DNA of 64,000 nt from a virus. This document shows, in pieces, positions 45,586 through 54,508 of the stretch. Location of the stretch: IMG/VR virus record IMGVR_UViG_3300031857_000130, positions 3,562 through 67,561 of that record; one strand, 5' to 3'. The notes below the pieces were generated by a model. It had not been told where the DNA came from. It was given only the letters and a program-made list of their open reading frames with translations, and ran no database searches. Both the position numbers and the translations under genes were made by a program. Each line of letters begins with the position of its first letter. The stretch's first letter is position 1.

Positions 45586-45597
45586 AGACAACTTTTG

Positions 45598-45804
45598 TCA
45601 TACTTTCCTCACACCCTTTGGCTGACACCCGCAAGATTGCGTATGCAGGCTCTTCAGATTGTGATGCAAATACCCGCTCCTGACGTTTCCGCAGTCGCAC
45701 AACGCCTCGTAAATGGCTACTCCAGCTTTGGACTTCCCCACCCTCCGCAAAACAACAAGGTGTCCAAATCTCTCCCTAGACAGGTCTTTTCTTGGTCTTG
45801 GCAT
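45598..45804 (-). CDS. Stand-alone HNH-associated Cys-rich domain
   Basis: DLSRERFGHLVV...LCDCGN...SCGC. Confidence 0.65.
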   Translation of the reverse strand: MPRPRKDLSRERFGHLVVLRRVGKSKAGVAIYEALCDCGNVRSGYLHHNLKSLHTQSCGCQPKGVRKV

Positions 45805-45836
45805 AGGCCCAAAGATGGTAGAAGAAATGAGTAAAT

Positions 45837-46712
45837 TCAAGCTCCAACAGGAGAATATGGCGAAAAAGGACGCTTTACACTCCAATCAATCTTCTCATTC
45901 AAAGACCCGTCATAGTCCGAAGGAAGCGGCCCGCGATACTTGATGGCATCACAACGGCAAATGCACTGCCACAGACGCCGATCCTCCGCATTGGACGACA
46001 TCGCGCCCCCACCCAATGCCACAAGCTCAGCCTTGGTGGTTTCCGGCATAATCTCACCCTCTCTGGGAAGATACTTGTGCCCGTCATACCTCACCTTCAA
46101 AACCGCAGTCCTCACATCCATGCCCTTGTTTTTCAGCGCAAGAGCACGCCCATATTCCACATTCATGCGACGGCAAATCTCCCGCAACGAAATGCGCTCA
46201 CCATCCCATTCATGGCACCTGCGGGTATTGTTCGCCTGCTGCATCTGCGTGGCCCAACGGCAGTTCTCAGGAGAATACCCCATGTCGTTGTCAATCCTGT
46301 CCAAAGACATCCCTTCCGGCTTCGGGTGCATGTCATCCACAAAACGATCAAAGTCCTGCCAACGCTCGCAAACCGTGATCCCACGGCCACCGTAATTGGC
46401 ATAGCTCGAATTAGCCGGATTCTCGCACCTCTGACGCATCATCTGCCACGTTGAATACAGCGAGTTCTCCTTCGACCTAGAACGCTCAGGCGGACACTTC
46501 AACGCAGCACGCATGTAGTCGCTCCTCAAGCAGCCACAGGACGAAGAACGCCCCGTCACCAAAGACCCATAGTTCACCTCACGCCGGTTGCCACATTCAC
46601 AACGGCACAACCACCGAGACTGGTAAGTTCCCGGTGAACGCAATGCCTCGCAAACCACCGTCCATCGTCCGAAGGTTTTGCCAGCCAGATTTTTGAAGTC
46701 GCTTCTACGCAT
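45837..46712 (-). CDS. HNH homing endonuclease
   Basis: GKTFGRWTV, WLCRCECG, YGGRGITVCERW, SLDRIDNDMGYSPENCRWAT..QQANN. Confidence 0.9.
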   Translation of the reverse strand: MRRSDFKNLAGKTFGRWTVVCEALRSPGTYQSRWLCRCECGNRREVNYGSLVTGRSSSCGCLRSDYMRAALKCPPERSRSKENSLYSTWQMMRQRCENPANSSYANYGGRGITVCERWQDFDRFVDDMHPKPEGMSLDRIDNDMGYSPENCRWATQMQQANNTRRCHEWDGERISLREICRRMNVEYGRALALKNKGMDVRTAVLKVRYDGHKYLPREGEIMPETTKAELVALGGGAMSSNAEDRRLWQCICRCDAIKYRGPLPSDYDGSLNEKIDWSVKRPFSPYSPVGA

Positions 46713-46961
46713 GAGTAAATATCGCATAGAAGGGAGTAAATTCAACTTTGGAGGAGGAATTTTTGAGGGGCTATATATCGTCTTGAACCCGCCGGGCCTG
46801 CCCCGCTCCACCTGCCCCACCCGCCCCGTGGTCATGCTATGGGACCACCATCGCCACGCCTCGCCGGGTGCCTCGATTAACTACCAAACAACACGCCATT
46901 TGCTCTCATACTTTTAACGAGTCTAAAGAGGAGTATGTAATTAGCTCTACCTCACTGACTC

Positions 46962-47546
46962 TCAATCATTTACGTCAATCACCGGAAATTCTTCCCCACC
47001 AAACTCCGCGCTTCCATCGGTCACGATGTTCACTTGAACGCTGTTGGACTGCTCGATTCCGTAGAGCTTGAGCGCCAGGCCACCTAGCTGGACAAGCTCC
47101 GACACATTCTCAGGAATGATAGATTGCGCCTCCGGGCTATTAATCGCGTTTTTAAGCGTTTTGGCGAGTCCTAGCAAGGTTCCGCTCCTGTGACTCTCCA
47201 GTGTCTCTGCGACGGCCTGAGAGGCCAAAAGAACGGGTTTCTCGGCTTTTCCAGCTTCTTGTGACAATTTCTCTTTTTCCGTGACAGCCAATTCACGCTT
47301 CATATTCTCAATTTTGAGAGGTGTGAGCCAGTTCTCACGGCATGAACGCTGACGAATAGCATCATAGCTTGTTTTGAAGATGCGGGCGGCGTCTTGATAG
47401 CTCATTCCAGCAACGCAGGCATCTTTGACTTGTGACCACTGTTCCGGCGTTAAGATAGGGGCAGGAAATGCCGCTTTCGGCTCGATTTTAGCCTCCTGAT
47501 ATTGTGCTGGCGCTTCGCTTTCTGCTTCTTTCTCTTGTGTCTCCAT
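46962..47546 (-). CDS. Terminase small subunit-like HTH protein
   Basis: QWSQVKDACVAGMSYQDAARIFKTSYDAIRQRSCRENW; C-terminal VQVNI. Confidence 0.55.
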   Translation of the reverse strand: METQEKEAESEAPAQYQEAKIEPKAAFPAPILTPEQWSQVKDACVAGMSYQDAARIFKTSYDAIRQRSCRENWLTPLKIENMKRELAVTEKEKLSQEAGKAEKPVLLASQAVAETLESHRSGTLLGLAKTLKNAINSPEAQSIIPENVSELVQLGGLALKLYGIEQSNSVQVNIVTDGSAEFGGEEFPVIDVND

Positions 47547-47610
47547 GCCTTAACGCTTCCCTTTTCCACTCGCTTTGTCAAACAAAGTGAATCATTCCCT
47601 CTTTTCCTCC

Positions 47611-47638
47611 TTGCAATATACGCGTCTGCGCGTATCTT
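47611..47638 (+). promoter_or_regulatory. Putative early promoter
   Basis: TTGCAA-N16-TATCTT at the strand switch. Confidence 0.5.
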
Positions 47639-47671
47639 GTGGCCCGGTTAGTAAACAAACAAAACAAAGAT

Positions 47672-47938
47672 ATGACACTAGAGGAAACGATTCACGATAA
47701 GTACATGAGCTGGGGCGCGATTGAGGCAAATGCAGAACTTGCGCCGTTCATCATGGAGTGGGAGAAATCCAACGGAGTGGAACTGACAAAGCAGGAGATT
47801 ATGCGGGCTATCTATCACGCTGGGGAGCGTTTCGCTGACTCCATGCAAGATGACGCAAGCGAAGAAGAAGCGGCACGATTTGAGGCCATGCGCCCTTCCG
47901 TGCGCAGGAAGAAAGAGATTCTAGCAATGCTTGGTTAG
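47672..47938 (+). CDS. Early hypothetical protein
   Basis: A/C-rich leader, ATG. Confidence 0.7.
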   Translation: MTLEETIHDKYMSWGAIEANAELAPFIMEWEKSNGVELTKQEIMRAIYHAGERFADSMQDDASEEEAARFEAMRPSVRRKKEILAMLG

Positions 47939-48118
47939 CCTTCACACGGCGCGCCCTTAATCGGGGCGCGCAAGTGAGCGCTAAAAGCTCAAAAAGACAA
48001 AGGCGCAATGGGGCCGTTCGCCATCCCTCCATTCATGCGAAGGATAGAAGCATGCGAAACAAGAGTGCTCTGCATTCTGCCCGGAATTAGCCGGGCAGAA
48101 ACCAAAGCACAAAAAAAT

Positions 48119-48265
48119 ATGAAACTAACCAAAAACGAGTTCGTCGCAATCTGCGCAGAGTTTACCGTTGATCCGGCTGTGGCTCTGGAAGCTGAAGCAG
48201 TTATTCGCGCTTTAAAAACAGGTTGTGCGGATGCAGTCAGACTGGCGATTGCGTGCGAAATGTAA
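48119..48265 (+). CDS. Early hypothetical protein
   Basis: MKLTKNEFVAICAEFTVDP. Confidence 0.65.
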   Translation: MKLTKNEFVAICAEFTVDPAVALEAEAVIRALKTGCADAVRLAIACEM

Positions 48266-48303
48266 GCAAAACAGGGGCCGCGCATCTTCACGCGGAAACA
48301 AAC

Positions 48304-48573
48304 ATGAAAAAACCGATACAAATCAAAGCGGAAAGCGCCAGAAAGCTCTCGCGAGTTTTGATGGCTAAACTCGGCCCGCCAGAAGGCGGATCACCGGGCT
48401 GTGACCAGCGCGGAACCGAGTACCAGTTCACTTGGCGCTATCGTCACGACGACGGTAGCACATGGGCGAAAATGGGATATGGGCCAACTCGTAAAATGGT
48501 CACCCTTTCGCGATTTGAGCCTAAAAATGGAACTCCCGTGTTCCGGATGTGGATTCGCCTGTGTAAAGCATGA
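48304..48573 (+). CDS. Early hypothetical protein
   Basis: A-rich leader; stop abuts a repeat element. Confidence 0.65.
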   Translation: MKKPIQIKAESARKLSRVLMAKLGPPEGGSPGCDQRGTEYQFTWRYRHDDGSTWAKMGYGPTRKMVTLSRFEPKNGTPVFRMWIRLCKA

Positions 48574-48651
48574 CGCTCAACACCTGCCCTTGCCACAAGC
48601 CAGGGCAGGCATTGAACGCCACACGGCGGGAAGGAAACAACGAAAACAGAC
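48571..48651 (+). repeat. Intergenic structured repeat (second copy 49523-49601)
   Basis: tgacgctcaa-[variable hairpin]-cattgaacgccaca(c/a)ggcgggaaggaaacaa(a)cgaaaacagac. Confidence 0.85.
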
Positions 48652-48655
48652 ACCG

Positions 48656-48949
48656 ATGAAAAAGGAACAAACGAAAGTTATTTTCCGCAAGTTTACAGGT
48701 GACGGCTCAATTATTGCGCTATTCCCCGAACTGCCCGCGGATGTCCACGCGGACCATTGCTTGTCGTATCAGCATATCGGCCAGCATGGAGCAGCGAGTA
48801 TTGACCTTGCACACGTTACAGTGCCAGCAAAGCCAGCAGAGTACGCCCGCCTTAAGGCGGAACTCGAAGCAATCGGCCATAACCTGGAAACCGTGAAGCG
48901 GGCAACGGCAGCAATGCACGCGGCGCGCTGCGCAAAAATAAGGCGCTAG
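48656..48949 (+). CDS. Conserved phage early protein
   Basis: VIFRKF..G.IIALFP...SYQHIGQHG...PA.P.EY..L..ELE.IG. Confidence 0.75.
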   Translation: MKKEQTKVIFRKFTGDGSIIALFPELPADVHADHCLSYQHIGQHGAASIDLAHVTVPAKPAEYARLKAELEAIGHNLETVKRATAAMHAARCAKIRR

Positions 48950-49044
48950 ACACAAGGGCGCGGGAACCCTTAAATCCCGCAAATTTTCGGCCATCAAGCC
49001 CCGCCCGCATGCGGAAAACTGCCGGAAACAGACAAAACGACGAC

Positions 49045-49521
49045 ATGAAAAAAGCAAACATTGGCTCCATTTCGCATGGAACACTCAGAACGGCAGACTT
49101 GCTAAACGCATTCTGCAACGAGCTGGAATGGCAATTGCGCAGAAACGGGAATTATTTCGCCCACCCTGAGAACAGAGAGGAAGGGCGCAAAATTCACGAA
49201 CTTTGCGGAGAGTGCCAGGACCAGTACGAGGAGGATGGCGAAACGCTAAAAGACGAAGACACAGCAAGCGAGCTTGTGGAGAGTTTGACAGACTCCCTAC
49301 AACAATTCGCGCCCGCTTACTGCTACTTTGGCGCACATGAAGGCGATGGTTCAGACTTTGGATTCTGGCCTAGCATAGAGAGTATTGAAGAATTGCCTTG
49401 TTATGAGGGAACCGAAGAAGCACTCAAAGCAGGAGAAACGAACGACTTTCGCGTGGTGAATGACCACGGGAACGTGACTGTTTATTCTGCTAGTGGGAAT
49501 GAGATTATTGCACTCGTATAA
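49045..49521 (+). CDS. Conserved phage early protein
   Basis: GSISHGTLR..DL...YFGAHEGDGSDFGFW. Confidence 0.75.
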   Translation: MKKANIGSISHGTLRTADLLNAFCNELEWQLRRNGNYFAHPENREEGRKIHELCGECQDQYEEDGETLKDEDTASELVESLTDSLQQFAPAYCYFGAHEGDGSDFGFWPSIESIEELPCYEGTEEALKAGETNDFRVVNDHGNVTVYSASGNEIIALV

Positions 49522-49605
49522 ATGACGCTCAAAGGGCGCATAGCAAGCCTATGCGCCCCATTGAACGCCACAAGGCGGGAAGGAAACAAACGAAAACAGA
49601 CTATT

Positions 49606-49737
49606 ATGCAAATTGGACTCTATGCGGGATCATTCCCCACAATCGAAGAAGCGGAAAATTGCGCGAACCACATGATTCACGGCGGAGCGATTCAAGAGCA
49701 AGATGGCAAGTTTCACGTTTGGTACGTGAACGCCTAA
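49606..49737 (+). CDS. Small early protein
   Basis: 43 aa, after a repeat element. Confidence 0.55.
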   Translation: MQIGLYAGSFPTIEEAENCANHMIHGGAIQEQDGKFHVWYVNA

Positions 49738-49821
49738 AAAACCACTAAAGGACACCGGCCCTCCATAAACCGGCAATTTTCGAGCGGCAGACGCTCATAA
49801 TAACAAACGAAAGGACAAACG

Positions 49822-50598
49822 ATGAAAGAGCACGAAACATACAAGGGTTACAAAATCGAAATTAAACAGGATCAATACGCAGAAAACCCGTTTGAGGCAT
49901 GGGATTTTGAACCGCCACTAATCGCCTTTTATGGCGGGAGGCATTCCGAGGCATCCTATTATCAGGACGCGCCGGAATCATGGTGGGATATTCTGCGAAT
50001 GCTTCCACCTGCATTCTTCAATCGAAAGAACCGCATGGCATTCTTGCGGGAGTTTATTCTCCCGCTTGGCTTGTCCTTGCGTGACTTCGCGGAGGAAAGG
50101 CAACGCATTGGAGAAGTTGACGCAATCGCAACGTTGCTAGGCGAGTATCTAGGCGAAAAACCACAAGGATGGCGTGCCGCTAGTGAATGGCTGGAAATGG
50201 CCGAAAGCCTCTTAAAATGGGGCGGGATTGAATGCTTAAACACTCAGTCTAATGGTTATTCACAAGGCGATTCCACCTTACTGCTTGTTATTGCCTCGCC
50301 TAAATGGCTGGAACAAACAGGCATCAAAGCGGAGCATGTGGCGGAGTCGTTACAAGCAAGCGCGGATTTGTATGGAGCTTGGGTATGGGGCGACGTCTAC
50401 GGCATTTCCGCAATCTACGCTCCAAACGAGGAAGACGAGGACGCACAAGGCGAGAAAATCAGCGAAGGTTCTTGCTGGGGTTTCTATGGGCGGGATCATG
50501 AAAAATCCGGCCTTATGGAGCACGCAAGGAGCGCGATTGACTGGCACCTTGAGAACAAGGCACAAACGGCACTCAATGAGCCTGCGTGCCTGATATAG
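49822..50598 (+). CDS. Conserved phage early protein
   Basis: GYSQGD...Y.AW.WGDVYG...SCWGFYG. Confidence 0.75.
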   Translation: MKEHETYKGYKIEIKQDQYAENPFEAWDFEPPLIAFYGGRHSEASYYQDAPESWWDILRMLPPAFFNRKNRMAFLREFILPLGLSLRDFAEERQRIGEVDAIATLLGEYLGEKPQGWRAASEWLEMAESLLKWGGIECLNTQSNGYSQGDSTLLLVIASPKWLEQTGIKAEHVAESLQASADLYGAWVWGDVYGISAIYAPNEEDEDAQGEKISEGSCWGFYGRDHEKSGLMEHARSAIDWHLENKAQTALNEPACLI

Positions 50599-50683
50599 AA
50601 CACGCACGGAGCGCCTAGCCTAAACCGCTAGGCGCTCAAGCGTGAGCTACAAAGCGCACGAAACAAAACAACAAAACAAAGCA

Positions 50684-50821
50684 ATGCCCTATCACCTCCA
50701 ACAACATTACAGGGAAGCCGCAAGGCGACGCCAAGCCGCTCACGATCAAGCCAGCTTCATTCGCTGGCTCCTGATTTACGGCGCTTTAGTCCTGGCCGCA
50801 CTCGTAGCGGCGGCAATGTGA
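50684..50821 (+). CDS. Small TM protein
   Basis: 45 aa, hydrophobic C-terminus. Confidence 0.5.
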   Translation: MPYHLQQHYREAARRRQAAHDQASFIRWLLIYGALVLAALVAAAM

Positions 50822-50847
50822 ACAACAACAAACACAGAAAGAAGAAC

Positions 50848-51219
50848 ATGAACACAGACAACGAAGCAAAAATCAAAGCCTTGGCGGCATATCTCGAATG
50901 TTCGCCGGAAGAACTCAGCGAAGAAAGGTGTGACCACTACGGCATGCCGATTTTCTCGCTAGGTTCTCAGGAGTACTCCGTTGGGACGGATGAGGAAGCG
51001 GACGCCGCTTGGGATGCTGAACTCGACAACTATATCGAGGAATGCATCACGCCGGAAATCGACAGGATCGAGCTTGGCAACCTTTCCAGCTACCTCAAAT
51101 TCGACGAGGAAGCATGGAAGCGTGACGCTCGCATGGACGGGCGCGGGCACGCGCTTAGCCGTTACGACGGCGACGAAATCGAGCTAGACGGCGGTTTCTA
51201 CGCTTACCGGCTCAACTAG
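50848..51219 (+). CDS. Acidic early protein (antirestriction-like candidate)
   Basis: Asp/Glu-rich; FDEEAW.RD..MDGRGH.L..YDG.E. Confidence 0.65.
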   Translation: MNTDNEAKIKALAAYLECSPEELSEERCDHYGMPIFSLGSQEYSVGTDEEADAAWDAELDNYIEECITPEIDRIELGNLSSYLKFDEEAWKRDARMDGRGHALSRYDGDEIELDGGFYAYRLN

Positions 51220-51336
51220 GCATTGCCTCCTTGTCTCCCCTCCCGTCATGGGAGGGGAGCAAAGGGCGCAAAACCCTCCTTGCAAGGCTGCCCATCTTGC
51301 ACGGCAAAACCGGGCAAAACATAACCACAAAAACAA

Positions 51337-51666
51337 ATGCAATTAAACCACAATCCCGCAGAGTTCTGCGCAGTAAACAACATAGTTGGCCTCTCCCTTG
51401 ATCGCCTCCCAAGCGGCAAGGTGATGGCCTGCGAAGTCCGAAGAGACGAAGCCGGAGAGCTTCGCGTCCCCATTGCTCAAATGAGTCTGGAGGAGCTTTA
51501 TCGGCTCGCCTCTCGGCTCCATTTGGAAATCTTGCCATCGCGTTTCGCGTCACGGCAGGAGATGGATTCTCACCGGGCGCACGTGCGCCGACTCTCTGAA
51601 CGCGCCGAACAAGCGCGGGAGCTTCGCGGGGAACGCGAAAGCGAGGGATGGAAACAAGCTGAATAA
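51337..51666 (+). CDS. Early hypothetical protein
   Basis: A/C-rich leader. Confidence 0.65.
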   Translation: MQLNHNPAEFCAVNNIVGLSLDRLPSGKVMACEVRRDEAGELRVPIAQMSLEELYRLASRLHLEILPSRFASRQEMDSHRAHVRRLSERAEQARELRGERESEGWKQAE

Positions 51667-51753
51667 CCCTCCTGTCTGCTCTGTCGGCTAACGCTGGCAG
51701 AGTAGCGGGGAGCGTTAAAGCTCCGAACAAACAACAAAACGAAAGGAAACGAC

Positions 51754-51948
51754 ATGAACGAAAAATGCAAACGGCACAAATGGCAAAATATCGGAGGATG
51801 CCGGGAAAACCCTGGCATCATGGGCATCGGTGGCGCTGCCATACGTCACACACAGCAATGTACCGAGTGCCAGCGCACGCGTTCTCGCGTGTTCGGCGAC
51901 GTGAATGTGTGCGGCAATCGCAACCACGGATGGAGGAGCCACGAATGA
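51754..51948 (+). CDS. Small Cys/His protein
   Basis: C.RH.W...C..C. Confidence 0.6.
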   Translation: MNEKCKRHKWQNIGGCRENPGIMGIGGAAIRHTQQCTECQRTRSRVFGDVNVCGNRNHGWRSHE

Positions 51949-52063
51949 ACCCCCTGGAACCCCAAGAGCCTTGCGCGCTCGTGCAATTCGCCGTTACTTT
52001 GGCCTTCGCGGCCTTTTTCGCGGCGATATTGTTCGGGTATTGCCACTAACCAAACAGACAACC

Positions 52064-52243
52064 ATGAGCACACTAGAAACAGGTACAGAGACTCGCGGCA
52101 TTGATACCGCCGCGATTTGGCAACGTGAGTACGAGCAAGCCAAGCAAGACTGGCCCAAAGGGGGGCCGGATTGCTGGCAATGGCACGCCGATGAAGCGGT
52201 TCAAGAGGCCATAAGTGGATACGCCAGCGTTGCCAACTACTAG
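52064..52243 (+). CDS. Early hypothetical protein
   Basis: A/C-rich leader. Confidence 0.6.
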   Translation: MSTLETGTETRGIDTAAIWQREYEQAKQDWPKGGPDCWQWHADEAVQEAISGYASVANY

Positions 52244-52333
52244 AACGCTCCCGTTCAGCCTCTCTGGTTAACGCCGGGGAGGTTGCGGGGAGTTTTCACG
52301 ACTCCGATAAACAACAAACCAAAACATAGAAAC

Positions 52334-52735
52334 ATGAGCAAGTCACACCTACCCTACCCTGGACGCCACGAAAGCCACGAAAGCTGGATGCGCCGTTGCG
52401 ACGAATGGCAGGAAAACCGCCGCCGTTCTCAGTCTCGCGGCCTTTCTGGCCGCCCCGATTACCACGGCCTAGCAAGCGAGGGGCGCGGAGTCGAATGGCA
52501 GAGAGTCCGCATCGCCGGGCAATGGCATACCGTTGAGGTCCCTCACTTCGCTGAGCATGAGGGCAAACGCGTACGTGTCCTGCGCTACGGCTGGGGCAGC
52601 AAGACGGCCTACCGCGTGAGAGACTGGGCGAAAAAGAGAGGTTTCAAGTTCGCCCGTCTCATAAATGCAAACGGCCACTACGGCATGTGCGGACGGGATG
52701 ACGGCATGGCCTACTGCGAGGTAGCTTTTGCCTAA
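52334..52735 (+). CDS. Early hypothetical protein
   Basis: A/C-rich leader. Confidence 0.65.
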   Translation: MSKSHLPYPGRHESHESWMRRCDEWQENRRRSQSRGLSGRPDYHGLASEGRGVEWQRVRIAGQWHTVEVPHFAEHEGKRVRVLRYGWGSKTAYRVRDWAKKRGFKFARLINANGHYGMCGRDDGMAYCEVAFA

Positions 52736-52825
52736 GAACCCAAGGGAGCCGGAAACCCTCACAAACCGGCGAATTTTCGGGGCGGCAGACGCCCAAACGA
52801 CAAGAGACACAAACCACAAGACAAC

Positions 52826-53014
52826 ATGAAAACGATGCAAATCGAGGCCAATAATCACGACAACAACGACCTGCTTCGTTACGCTGGCGCGAAGCGTATT
52901 TTTCCCGGATGGTACACAGTGCGCTATCGCGGCGTGAAGCTGGACAAATCGACAATATGCGGAGCAAAACGCAATCGCAAAGGATTGATCCACATCTCCC
53001 CTCCGCACGCATGA
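52826..53014 (+). CDS. Early hypothetical protein
   Basis: Follows a pseudoknot-like element. Confidence 0.6.
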   Translation: MKTMQIEANNHDNNDLLRYAGAKRIFPGWYTVRYRGVKLDKSTICGAKRNRKGLIHISPPHA

Positions 53015-53163
53015 AAACCGACGCCGAAAAACTCGCCGCTTTCTTTGACCTGCTGGCTAAGCGATGGCAGGAACATGAGGCGGAGAAAGCGCAGGAAAGG
53101 AAAGACGAGCAGTACAAGAAACTAGCAAAGCTCCAGCCATGGTGGCAGGACGCCGCGCAGTAA
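53011..53163 (+). CDS. Early hypothetical protein
   Basis: ATGA overlap; ends at the terminator. Confidence 0.55.
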   Translation: MKTDAEKLAAFFDLLAKRWQEHEAEKAQERKDEQYKKLAKLQPWWQDAAQ

Positions 53164-53166
53164 ACG

Positions 53167-53201
53167 AAAGCCGGACATCTTCGCGGGTGTCCGGCTTTTT
53201 T
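53167..53201 (+). terminator. Rho-independent terminator closing the early array
   Basis: aaagccggacat-cttcgcgg-gtgtccggc-tttttt. Confidence 0.85.
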
Positions 53202-53310
53202 GTGCCCTCATGCAATTCTCAATTATGAGAACCCGGCGATGCGTTCACGCCCTACCATTTCCGCACTCGTGAAATTCAACCAGAGCCGCGAAAATGAGTC
53301 GCAAACATCC

Positions 53311-53339
53311 TTGCATTCATCCGCGAATTAGCGTAAGGT
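53311..53339 (+). promoter_or_regulatory. Sigma70-like promoter, leaderless
   Basis: TTGCAT-N17-TAAGGT, ATG 6 nt downstream. Confidence 0.65.
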
Positions 53340-53345
53340 TGATTC

Positions 53346-53498
53346 ATGTTCAACAAAACAAAGCCCGCACGTTTCCGCGTCACCTACTCAATCAAGAGCC
53401 GCGAATACTGGTTTACGATTCCAGCCGTTTCGGCCAGCGCAATCTGGCGTTCGTGGGATCGTCTCGATTCCACGCTAGTTGATGTCAGTGAAGTTTAA
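53346..53498 (+). CDS. Small hypothetical protein (50 aa)
   Basis: MFNKTKPARFRVTYSIK..., directly after the promoter. Confidence 0.55.
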   Translation: MFNKTKPARFRVTYSIKSREYWFTIPAVSASAIWRSWDRLDSTLVDVSEV

Positions 53499-53503
53499 GC
53501 ATC

Positions 53504-53710
53504 ATGAAACCTCTAGCCGCAACAAAAGCCCTCTTAAACCTAGTTTGGTGGCACGAACACGCCATCAGCGTCATGCAAACCATTGGCGAATACCAAATGC
53601 ACAAGCGTCCAGAACAATTCAAACGAGCCGCAAATCAAGTGATCGAGGCCGCGTCACTGGCGGAAAAATGGCATAATGAGTGGCTGAAAACTTTTCCTCA
53701 AACAGCATGA
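53504..53710 (+). CDS. Hypothetical protein
   Basis: Coupled ORF. Confidence 0.55.
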   Translation: MKPLAATKALLNLVWWHEHAISVMQTIGEYQMHKRPEQFKRAANQVIEAASLAEKWHNEWLKTFPQTA

Positions 53711-53901
53711 ACAAAATAGCAGAATTACTCCGAAAACACTTGTCAGAGTCTCCACGCGGGGAGCAAGCGCGAATTGTCCGCGATCTAAACATTAACAAAT
53801 CCACCATGACGCGCTGGCTTGACGGTGACATGCACCCCAATGGGCAGCACACAATGACGATTGTGGAATACATTCGTCGTAAGAGGGGAGGAACTTTGTG
53901 A
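53707..53901 (+). CDS. Cro-like HTH protein
   Basis: QARIVRDLNINKSTMTRWLDG.MHP. Confidence 0.75.
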   Translation: MNKIAELLRKHLSESPRGEQARIVRDLNINKSTMTRWLDGDMHPNGQHTMTIVEYIRRKRGGTL

Positions 53902-54086
53902 CTCTCCGCCCCTCAATCATGGTTGACGCAGCGACTCGCTACTGCCTTGAGCAAAGCGTGTCGTTTGAAAAACCTGTGGCCTTTCTTGACTCGACGGTTC
54001 TTCGTCGTGTAAGATTGCCTGTCACGTTCAAGTATCGCAAGAAGAAGCAAAAGCGTTTGGCACTACCGGAGAAAGCATCATCATGA
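53898..54086 (+). CDS. Hypothetical protein
   Basis: Coupled ORF. Confidence 0.5.
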   Translation: MTLRPSIMVDAATRYCLEQSVSFEKPVAFLDSTVLRRVRLPVTFKYRKKKQKRLALPEKASS

Positions 54087-54382
54087 AAACCACTACTGTC
54101 GAAGTCTTTACCGAAGACCTTGGCCTCAAGGACTGCTTTGAAGTATCAGCCACCGTTGACGTTGAACATTGCGACGATTCTGACTACAACCGCGAGCACG
54201 GCTACGGCCATGCGGAATACATCGGCGATGCTGAGATTTTCTTCCTCGTTGTCCGTGAAGTTGATCGCGAAACCGGCGACGTTCTCGATCACGACGTTTT
54301 GCATCCTGCGATTGTCAAGCAAGCCGAGGAATGGGCCATTGAGAAAGCCAAACAAAAGATTCGGAATGGAGATTTGCCTTGA
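54083..54382 (+). CDS. Acidic hypothetical protein
   Basis: Coupled ORF. Confidence 0.65.
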   Translation: MKTTTVEVFTEDLGLKDCFEVSATVDVEHCDDSDYNREHGYGHAEYIGDAEIFFLVVREVDRETGDVLDHDVLHPAIVKQAEEWAIEKAKQKIRNGDLP

Positions 54383-54508
54383 AGTCCAACCGTCCTCAGC
54401 ATAAGTTTTCCACGTCACCGACAGACATTGAAGCCGAGGTTTATTCTTTTTTCCTTGTTATCGCTGCCCTCTCCAGCGTAGGCATGTCGGCGAGAGGCTA
54501 ATTTCACC

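Noticed and set aside
47936-52800. Intergenic repeats as a CRISPR array or as further attC sites
   Set aside because: Units are separated by whole genes, are not identical, lack cas genes, and do not show paired AAC/GTT cores with attC box spacing.
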